The notes under the pieces are model-generated. The model searched no databases. It was not told the DNA's origin and saw nothing but the letters and a program-made list of their open reading frames with translations. A stretch of DNA of 64,000 bases from Paragordius varius. Lineage: Eukaryota; Animalia; Nematomorpha. Of the stretch, positions 54,142 to 64,000 are shown piece after piece (position 1 is the stretch's first letter; each line of letters begins with the position of its first letter). Where the stretch lies: the NCBI GenBank assembly GCA_964247055.1, contig OZ176054.1, positions 8,804,001 through 8,868,000 on the forward strand. The letters run 5' to 3'. Made by a program: the position numbers and the translations under genes.

Positions 54142-55099
54142 TACCATTTTTCATGCAAAAACATCATTTTTTCAACCGAATGCAACATTTTTTCTAGCAA
54201 CAATATTTTAAGCAAACGCAACATTTATTCAACCAAAGACAACAATTTTTCAAACAAAAACAACATTATTTTTTTTCACCAATTTTTTAATTTTATGACA
54301 ATTTTATAATTATTCATTTAATTATAAGTTAATGATTAGTTAAATTTTAGCATTAAATTATCATATCTATTCTTTTATTATAAAAATATTTGATGGTAAA
54401 ATGATTTCCAAACAATTTAATTTTGCCCTTAACTTAATTATTTTATTTATTATATTAGATATTCTATACATTTGCATTTCAAGAGTGTCTTTGAACACTT
54501 CAAGTTGGTCTTTAAATATTTAAATTTTAATTTAATCATAATATTTGCATTTATTTTTTTAATTATTATTTTTCAACCTAATTTTCTTTATTTATAATAT
54601 ATTCATATAAAAATAAAATTTTCTATTGAAAAACAACTTTTTTGTTTCAAACTATTTTTTTAATTCGAGAAAATTTACGGTTTCTGAATGATTAAAAATA
54701 TACTGAAAAATTAATGTTTAATAATAGGAAGATAATAGATGAATGATATACCATTTGATAAAGTTAAAAACAAAAAAGTCAAAGGACCAATTTGAAGTGT
54801 GTAAAGACCAACTTGAAATGTTCAAGGACACTCTTGAAGTGCAAATGATATGTCATTTATTGATGATATAACAATAATAATCATAATCTATGCTAAAATT
54901 AATTTACATTAACTTTAAATTTAATATGTCTTAAAATAAAAAAAATGGTTTTTAAATTTTAAATAAATTGTTGTTTTTGGTTAAAAAAATGTTGTCTTTG
55001 CTTGAAAAAATGTTGCGTTTGCTTGAAAAATTGTTGTGTTTGCTTGAAAAAATGTTGCGTTTGGTTGAAAAAAATGATGTTTTTGCATGAAAAATGGTA
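54142..55099. mobile_element. MITE family F3 (TACCATTTTTCATGCAAAAACATC TIR; arrays of AAATGTTGCGTTTGCTTGAAA)
   Basis: Arms 54142-~54270 and ~54965-55099 are inverted, each with five to six 21-bp units, and have TATA flanks. Confidence 0.85.
54467..54850. mobile_element. MITE family F2 copy nested inside F3
   Basis: CATTTGCATTTCAAGAGTGTCTTTGAACACTTCAAG on the left and CTTGAAATGTTCAAGGACACTCTTGAAGTGCAAATG on the right, matching 12074-12669. Confidence 0.8.
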
Positions 55100-55536
55100 T
55101 ATGTATCATAAAAAATTTGATGAACATAGACAAATTAACCTTAATTTTTATTTATGTCTGCCATTGATGAAAGCACAACATAGAATATATAAGATTTATT
55201 TCTATTCGAGAAATGGATGATTTTTTCACAGAAGACAGCTTAAACGTACCCCACTTGCTGAACTGTGATTAGTATGCATTTTTTAATATATTAAAGAATA
55301 TATTAAATGGGCTACAGAGAAATCTTTTATAAATGTATAACTTTTTTAGACTTATGCATGTGGTTTATATCTGACTTTAAATAAATAATAATTTATGCAC
55401 TAGTGTATCGATATAAATTAAGAAAAAAATAATTTCTTAAAAATGACTATAACCCCAAGATACACTAAATAATTATCAGAAAAGTTTACCAATAAAATTT
55501 TTGAAAACATAATTTATAACTCCAATTATTGGGTAT

Positions 55537-55712
55537 TGCTATATTAAAAATGGGACTGTGGTTTTCAGAAATATGGCTCTTTCACTATATATATAAAAAA
55601 ACATTTATCGATTCCAAATATTTTCGAATACATAATTTATTACTCCAATAATATGTGTGTTGCTATATTAAAAAATGGGACTGTGGTTTTCAGAAATATG
55701 GCTCTTTCACTA
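55537..55712. repeat. Local tandem duplication, ~123-bp period
   Basis: TTGCTATATTAAAAA(A)TGGGACTGTGGTTTTCAGAAATATGGCTCTTTCACTA occurs at ~55537 and ~55660. Confidence 0.85.
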
Positions 55713-56964
55713 AATAATTACTAAAAAAAGTTCAGTGGCAAGTATTCTAAAGATTTTCAGATAAATAATTAAATGAATGCGATGAAAAATAATAAAAAAT
55801 ATTATAATATTTATCAAATTATAATTTAAATTTTTTTTTATTCTTTTTAAAAATTTTACTTTGCCCCCCAAAAATTAAACTTTTTGCACAAAACTTTTTT
55901 TTCAAATTTCCAAAAGAACCACTTAAAATTTCAAAGAGCCCTGAGTGGCTCCGGAACCACCTGTACACCCCTGCTTTAAACCAAATTGTTAAAAATATTG
56001 TGCAAGAATCTGCATACTAATACTTATCTAGCAAAGGCAATCGATATGTTAATATAAAAATAAAGCCTAAAACCAAATATAACTTGATCTTAAATATCTC
56101 AAAAATTCGTAATTTATCAGGTGTTTGCGGTCATTTGTTCGGCGTGATTTACAAATATAGTCGGTGTATTTTGAGCCTATGGTACGCCCAGCTAACACCC
56201 AATATTCACGAATCTAAAGAAATATCAATGAAAAATGCATATTTATGAATTAATATTAATTAAAGGATATTTTACTCTCATAGTGTTTTTGGAAAAATAG
56301 GGTAAATCCAATATCAACATAAATATCCAACATTTTAATAATTTAACACTTCATAACCTTATTACTTTTTTGTCCGCAATGACATATTGGGGTGGTTTTA
56401 TATCCCAGACCTCAATATTATAAATAAACTATTGTTTAATCTAATTATGAAACCCTATATTTTTTACAGTTTTGTAACTTTAAGAGTCAAAAATTGGGAC
56501 ACTCCAAAACACGATTGAAATAAACAGCTTATTATATAATTGAATATCAAATTTGCTGGTAAAATGTAACCTGAAAGCTTATTAATAATTATTTACCTAT
56601 TCTAACCATAATATACAGTTATTTGCCTATTTTATAAATTTAAAAAATTTAAATAAAAAAATGGCGACGAAAAAGTTTAAAATGAGGATTTTTTTTGAAA
56701 TTTTACTTTTTCAGCAAGAAGCATGCGCCTTAAAAGCTAAAGAAAGCATATTTTTAAATTCAGCCTAATACCTATAATACTTTTTAAGATATTCAAATTT
56801 CAAATCGCTCTGGGATATAAAATCGCCCCAAAAGATCATGAAGTGTTAATTGCAAAATATATATTGATCAATTAATTTATAAACTAAATTATACAGTAAC
56901 AGATTCTATTATAAGAATTGGGTCGGTTTACCGGTAAAGATGTTTAATATTTTACTAATATTTA

Positions 56965-58119
56965 TTATTTGCATGATAATTTGATGTCCCTTCGGTAATA
57001 ACCGTTAAAAAGGAAATCAAAATAAAATGAGCAACTAATATACATGTATTCCATTATATTCATGCTAGTATAAAGAAACAATAAATATGTTGTCGAATAA
57101 TATGGTATAAGGAAATCCATAAATGATTGTATTATTGATACAGGTATCATAAGTATCAAAAATTCAATGGTTAGAATTAACAGTGTACGTTTTTGACATT
57201 TGGTTACATTTGCTCTGGCTTTCGTTTTTATTTTCCTCGAATCCAATGTGACAACTGTTACGGAATTTTCAGCTGGTCTGTTGGTTTGTTCATTGATGCG
57301 TTCCGATACTTTGTTTCTATGGAAAAGTGCAAAAGCTCGTAAAACAAGTATAAGTATAAAGGGTAAAATTTTGGCGAAAAATTCTCGCATAATTTGATAA
57401 GTTATCCATGCCTTCAAATGTTTATTATGCTCATTTAGACCAATTATATAAAAATATTTGGTATTTTGATTAGGTTCACCACCCCATTCACAATTAGTAT
57501 AGCGTATTACGCTATTCCACATAAAAGTCGGTATATACCATATTAATGCATACAAAAACATCGAAAAAACTCCGATTCGAGCTCGCTTCATTGTTACCCA
57601 TTGTTTATACTTAAAGGGATAACGAACAGCTACATACTGATTAATGAAATAAAGAACGTATACTAAAAAACTCCAAACTATCATGGGCTTAAATATGGGG
57701 TTATGTATATGAGCAATATAAAATATCCAGATTCTTCCATACCATATATTTGATTTGACTCTGTTTATGGATCCTATGCACTCTATCAGGGGTGATATGA
57801 TGAGGCTTAAGACATTAAACAAATTAATAAGGTAAAACCAGCGCAAGAAATAATGATTAAAATTGTTCCCATGTTTAGAGACAAATTTTAACATTTTTAT
57901 CGTATGATTGAACATGTCGGCCAATGTCGTTGAAACAGAATGACGATTTCGCTTTTTGCGTTCCATTCTAGCTAAAACATATATGCCCATAATATTTCCG
58001 ACAATTCCTAATGGAATAAGTATACTACAAAAAGCGAAAACCATTGTACAATGGTAATTTTCCTCAATTATGATTGTTAAATTAAGACAATGTGGTGCAT
58101 GGATGAATATATTATCCAT
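56965..58119 (-). CDS. Intronless divergent rhodopsin-like (FMRFamide/srw-type-like) orphan GPCR, 384 aa
   Basis: Seven hydrophobic segments; LGIVGNIMGI (TM1 GN), VYVLYFINQYVAVRYPFKY (TM3 end), WYIPTF (TM4), ILPFILI (TM5 P), FLILMIPVS (TM6). The 1155-nt ORF is uninterrupted. Family assignment is tentative. Confidence 0.75.
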   Translation of the reverse strand: MDNIFIHAPHCLNLTIIIEENYHCTMVFAFCSILIPLGIVGNIMGIYVLARMERKKRNRHSVSTTLADMFNHTIKMLKFVSKHGNNFNHYFLRWFYLINLFNVLSLIISPLIECIGSINRVKSNIWYGRIWIFYIAHIHNPIFKPMIVWSFLVYVLYFINQYVAVRYPFKYKQWVTMKRARIGVFSMFLYALIWYIPTFMWNSVIRYTNCEWGGEPNQNTKYFYIIGLNEHNKHLKAWITYQIMREFFAKILPFILILVLRAFALFHRNKVSERINEQTNRPAENSVTVVTLDSRKIKTKARANVTKCQKRTLLILTIEFLILMIPVSIIQSFMDFLIPYYSTTYLLFLYTSMNIMEYMYISCSFYFDFLFNGYYRRDIKLSCK

Positions 58120-58571
58120 GTTGATATGTGGGTAATAACTTAATATTAATAAAGTTAATTAAATTTTATAAAAGGAGAACAAAAGATGTTTGTGGGTTTT
58201 TAAGATATTTAACAATATATAAATATTGTTTTACAGCATTCTTTATATATTGATTTTTTAGTTAACAAACGTATTAAAGGTGTGTAGTCTGATAAAAATA
58301 GGAAGTTTCCGTATTTTTTTTCCATCAAATTACTAATAGCACTTAAATGAATAGGCATACTTAAAAATGAATTCTTAATTAGTTTTAATAAGATAAGGGT
58401 AAAACTTTAATTATAAAATGGATCCAAAAATATACAACTCTATTGTTTTAAATTAATATCTTGATATTTAACTTACAAATTAACCGGTTTTGTGTCTAGT
58501 TTATTATTAATATTAAAAGATTTTTTATACAAGATAGTAAATGCAATTTCCGCATTGCTACATCATCCCAT

Positions 58572-60638
58572 GATAAAGTGACCAGATAGGCTGTTTTTCG
58601 CAGTACAGTACTGGGTTTTCGAAAAAAAACCGTGCATGTACTGCCCTGACTTTTGTACTGCTTTTTGAAAAAAATTTTTATAAATATTTTAATTAACCAT
58701 TTATTTATACAAGTTTTGTTTGTAGAATTCGATAAAGTACCCTTAGTTAAAATAAATAAATGGTTTTTTAACTGTAAAAAACTATGGCCTTTAATTTTAA
58801 TATTTTATTATCTGCTCTAATTATACATGGAGCTGGGTTTTGGACCGGTCAAATCGCTTATGAAGGCAGCCATTCGCGCAGTGGTGGAACTATCAATATA
58901 CCCCAGATTTAGGCCAACCTTTCACTCAGGGCTTCCGCAAAAGCGACCTCAAAAATAAACAAAAAATAAATTAATATTTTAGTAATTTTATCTTTTGAAA
59001 ATTCATCTTGTTTCATATAAGTTTCAGCTAAATTAAATTTATTTGAGTTTACTTTAATTATAATTATCGAACGGAAGATTTTTATATTTCCGAAACATAT
59101 TATTTTTAAATTCATTATATTTGGTTTCGATATAACCTTTTTTTTCTAGGAATAGAACAACTTTTTTATGTTTTGGGTGGGAGATATGTTCCTTAATTTT
59201 TTGCATCCTTAAACTTTAATTTTAGCCAGTTTTCTTTTCATTCTTTTGTGCATAAAATATAGTATTTAAATTTGGCACACACACAGATAATAATTTTTTT
59301 ATTAATTCCATGTTAATTTTCTTTTCCGTGCCTTTTCCTATAAACAAAATATGGACTACGGAAAAACACAACTCACATATGCTTTGAAAGCGAAATAGTC
59401 AAAAATACAGAAGAAAATTGTGAAGCTTTTTTAGATAAAATTTCGCAAAACTATAAATTATTGGTGGGACAAATACATAAATCTGAAAAATATATATAAT
59501 TTATTATTTTTAGATATTATTACTATTAAAAAAATAATTATTTATTAATAATTATGTCACGTCATATACCATTGATTGGGTAGACTCAGAACTATTTGAA
59601 TTATTTTTGAATTTTACACTGTAGCAAAGTCTGCATTTGAATAATTTTCTATCCATTCACCTATCTTTTTTTCATCAACGCATAGTTTTACCTGCTGTTA
59701 AATAGTAATTTTTTCTAAAAAGCTATGGAACAGAACTTTCATAAGATCGTGTGTGAATGATTTTATCTGCACGGCAACATCTTATAAAAACCAGATATAT
59801 TGTTTCCTTCTATTTTTATTATCATATATTGGTAATTATATTGTTGACAATTAGCATTTTTAAAACAAACATACGGGCCTAATTCAAAAAAGGGCGAAGA
59901 TATTGTCGGGGCATTCATTAATGATTTATTTTTTCGACATTTGGATTTGAATGGATCTACCGGTTTCCCGGAAATAGATCACCAAGCTTTCCATTTTTAT
60001 AAATATATACGGGCCTACCCCGTGTAAAAGAACATTTTTTTTTGAAAACAGAAGTTTACAAAAATCGTGTCTTTGAGAGAATTTTCTGGAAAACGTGTTG
60101 GACTATTCAATTTCAAATATGATTTTTTTTACTTATTTTCGATTGCGCCGAACATATCTCGCTTTTTTAATTAAGGCCCTTTTTTTACCCGCTCCTCCCG
60201 TTTCCAAAAAAATTTAAATTGTTAGAATCTATTTTTCGCCCAAGTAAACAATATATTAGTATGAATGCACCGTTATTCCTATGAGATCATAGCTAATAAA
60301 TAATGTTTCGAAATAATTCACATATGTGGATCATTTTATTGTCCCTTTTTTCAAATAGCCCCACCAGTCCGAAGAACTTCCTCGGGCTGCGTAGCAGCAC
60401 GAGATTTACGCTAGTATTATATCCATATATATAACATATGATATAATTATATGTACATACATTTATATTAAATTTTTGATAAATTTATTGTTGAATATTT
60501 TAATTGTTACTAATGAGCTTATAAATAGTAACGAACAATATCATTTAATATAAAACGCAAAAAATCCGGTTAAAAAATAGGCAAGGTAATTTTTAATTTT
60601 GTACTGCGCCAGGGTTCCAAATATCTGGTCACATTATC
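58572..60638. mobile_element. Possible ~2-kb non-autonomous TIR element
   Basis: GATAAAGTGACCAGATA..CGCAGTAC at 58572 is inverted against GTACTGCG..TATCTGGTCACATTATC ending at ~60638. No TSD was verified. Confidence 0.45.
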
Positions 60639-62356
60639 CCATGATAAGTTAGAGCTCTTGTTTCAACATTCTGCGGAAAAAGTACATGATAGATTTGAAT
60701 ACATCAAGTTAGCTAACCTTAGACTAGACAAATTGATATATTAGATTTAAATACATTTTTGATGACCTTTTATATTTGAGTTAAACAATTGTATCAATTT
60801 TGTATTAACCTGCACACGTTATTTTACCTTGGTTTAACATGTAAAGATTATATTCACAAAAGTATATAAACATAGAAAACTTTATATAATTGAGTTTTTG
60901 TATTTTATCTCAATAAATATTATTGTTTTACGGTTTCTCAATTTACTACAGTACATCTAGAATAACCGTTGTCAGTTAGCTAGGATCGATAACATCTCCA
61001 AAAGACAGGGTTTTTAAATCGGTGATGTCCACAAATGGTCGGGATGCATTTTAAAATCATAAATCCAGAAATCCACGAAAACTGAAAAAATGGCAAAAAA
61101 ATAACTATAATTTATAATGCTAATTCTTGCTGAAAATAGACAAGCCGCGATAAAACAATCTTATAAAATTGGGTCGACAACTGGTTGTACACTCTCCGGG
61201 GCATACAAGTTTTAAAGCCTTACATCTCTGGTAATATAATTCAAGTTATCTTTTACTACAAAAGGCAAAACTATCAATCAATTCTATACATCTAAACTAG
61301 TTACGGGTATAGGCCTATTTTACTAAGGTCAATAAAACTGCATGATATGTTAAAAATTAATTCATATTATTATGCACAAAATTAGGGATAATACTTCAAA
61401 AATATATTTTTTAAAATGAGATTTGGTGTTTCTTTTGAAAGTTACAAATCATCATATCCGAATTTCAATAAAAGATTTGGTTGTTTAATAATTTTTTTAA
61501 AATTGTTTTCAATAAATTTTTTATTAATTAGAAGCGACACCAGATTATGTCAAAAGGCGTTTTTCTTGCATGATGGTTTGCAATACATTATTAAGACAAA
61601 CTATTCTATATATTGATATCATAATTCAGGCTAACACTGCAGAAAAAATCGGGGGGAGGGGGGGTTCAAAAATATTGTGATTTATTTTTATAAAGGTGCT
61701 TTTATTTATGAAGCTTACCAGTGAAAGAAAGTTATTTGCACTTTTGTGGTAATCTCTAGATATCGTAAAATCCAAAATTATCGCATATCATGTTTTATAT
61801 TTTTTATTCCAAAAAATATTCCTAAAATATTATATATACTATAAAAAGGCAAAACAAAATTTTTATAAAACTAAAATTAAGTGTGGGATTTAAAATCCTA
61901 CATACATTTCCCCCCTCCAAAATAAAATACTTCATTTAAAACAAATGGAAAAACAGTGAGATTTTCCGATATAATTTTTTAATATATGCTGAATTATGGC
62001 ATCAAAAACATATTATTCATAAAGTGCATATGTTAATTATTTTGAAAATTTGTTGAAGCGTAAAACTTTTAAAGGCATGTTTGAAACAGTTACAAACGCT
62101 TTTAGATATTATAAAAACAGTTCTAAATAATCGATGATGCTGAACATTTTTATTACCTCAAAATTTTTTGAGATATTTGTTTGGACTCAAATCCATGATA
62201 AAAATAAAATGTTTTTTAAAAATATTCAGAAAAAATTGAATGCTAAATTTAATTTTAAAGTTCTGCATCATCGAATAATATAAAAAAAGTATTAATATAA
62301 TAATTCAAAATTAAACCGTTCCCACTGTCAGTGTCCGCAAAAAATAACTTGCTGAA

Positions 62357-62392
<36 letters not shown>

Positions 62393-62892
62393 TGATAGAA
62401 AAATGTATCAAGATTAGCAAGAGGCCTTACGAGTGATACAAGAAATTTATTTGCACTATTGGTAAGTGCTACATATCTGAAAATGGCAAATTTTGCGCAC
62501 ATCTTTTTAGATAAAATTTTTTTGATGCCAACTAAATGCTTCATTCCTAAAAATATTACTAAAATATTACATAAACTATAGGTTTTTAATTCTTAGATAT
62601 GGTATCCGAAAGTCCCAAATTTTTTCGCTCTTTTGAAATGGGCTATTTCTCTTAAAATAAACGGAAAAATTCCGAAATTGCGGGATAAAATTTTTAATAT
62701 ATGCTTAATATCTGGGGACGGCAATGTAAAGTATTTATTGTATATCACAAAATATTGTATATCACAAAAACAACAACGCGTTATATCATGATCTCTATAT
62801 ATATATATCTAAGATAATTAGGTTTAATGTATTCACATATATCAAGGTGATATGTTTGCTTATATACAATTATCTCAAAGTATAATAATAAT

Positions 62893-63048
62893 CACAAGTG
62901 GTGGGGAGGTTATAACAATATAATAATAGTATACAGATAAGTTAATAGGTTAATGTACTGCAAGGTATAATAATAATATTCACAAGTGGTGGGGCGGTTA
63001 TAACAATATAATAATAGTATACAGATAAGTTAATAGGTTAATGTACTG
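62893..63048. repeat. Tandem duplication, 88-bp period
   Basis: CACAAGTGGTGGGG(A/C)GGTTATAACAATATAATAATAGTATACAGATAAGTTAATAGGTTAATGTACTG occurs at 62893 and 62981. Confidence 0.9.
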
Positions 63049-64000
63049 ATATATAACGAATGTTGTGTGTTTAACCTCATCGTGTACTAACAGGTCTATT
63101 CAAATTAGCCTCTAACAATGCTAAATTTTTATATCAACTGTCAATCTTTATAAAATATTGGCTACTTTTTTTAAAATTAATTTCTAGCAAAATTTTGTTG
63201 AAGCATACTTCATACTATGAGGTATGATGTATACAATATAAAAGCACTTTTTCTATATAATTAGATGATTAAAAACATTTGTATCACCTCAAAATTTATT
63301 AAAAAATTTGTCTTCAAATTCATGTTAAATATAAATTGTTTTTTTTTACAAAAAATCACCAAAGTCTTAAAGTAAACGAACCTGGGGATAAAAATGTTCA
63401 CCATCATTTTTTGTGTAGAAAAGGTGTTATAATATCTAAACTAATCATCAAGCTCTTTACCAGTTTAAGGGGGGTCATCACAAATTTTAACAAAGATATA
63501 TTCTTCAGCATCTGTTGCGCGAATTTTACCCTTCTTTAGCGATCTATTTTATTGCAATGACAGAAACTATTTCAACAACGAAATAAATTAGTGCACTTTA
63601 AACCCTGCAACCCATTTTTGCAAAATATGCTAAAAAATCTTAATAATTTTCCGGTATATATAAAAGCATATAAATTGTTACCGATCTTATTCAAATTAAG
63701 GTAAATATTATTGAGTGCTTTCTGTAAATACGTCGTCAAAAGATATCGTGTAAAATACATTTCTAGGATTTGTATAGTCATATTCTCATACTTTCCCTTA
63801 TAAAAGATATCACCTTTATTAAGACATAGCAATATTTGAGCGTATGCAACCTGGAAAGGGAGAGTAAAATAGTCTTTACTGAGATATGATATATTGTAAT
63901 TAATTTTTTAATTTTTTTCCTCTATTTACTGCATATATTTTATAACCCATAACATTTATTCATTTAAAAAATGCGCGAAATTACCTTTATATTTATCTTA

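Noticed and set aside
55002-55220. ORF with repeated KKCCVCL (metallothionein-like)
   Set aside because: It is simply the translation of the F3 21-bp array (7 codons per unit).
63330-63860. Minus-strand acceptor (CCCTTTCCAG) followed by a ~90-aa ORF
   Set aside because: No recognisable motif. It could be a terminal exon of a gene beyond the right edge or decayed TE, but this cannot be supported.

Overview
Very AT-rich, transposon-littered eukaryotic (animal, probably protostome invertebrate) genomic DNA read with the standard code; the species cannot be determined from sequence alone. Four host genes can be supported. (1) An 11-exon UBE3B-like HECT E3 ligase (+, 6026-16987). (2) A convergent 9-exon queuine tRNA-ribosyltransferase QTRT1/TGT (-, 23266-18329; 401 aa when spliced), whose first intron appears to be only 23 nt. 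(3) An intronless bombesin/CCHamide-type peptide GPCR with very long ECL2 and ICL3 loops (-, 28561-31014). (4) An intronless divergent orphan rhodopsin-like GPCR (-, 56965-58119). The rest is mobile DNA: decayed Ty3/gypsy LTR elements (one with an intact tRNA-Ser primer-binding site), RTE-like LINEs carrying a PHD-like finger (one nested in another with a 14-bp TSD), a Mos1-like mariner relic, hAT and Tc1-type MITEs, a foldback element, and three MITE families that share TACCATTT ends and 21-bp-period subterminal arrays. All exon models were built by hand from translation, GT-AG phase matching and recalled similarity to known proteins. No database searches were run.
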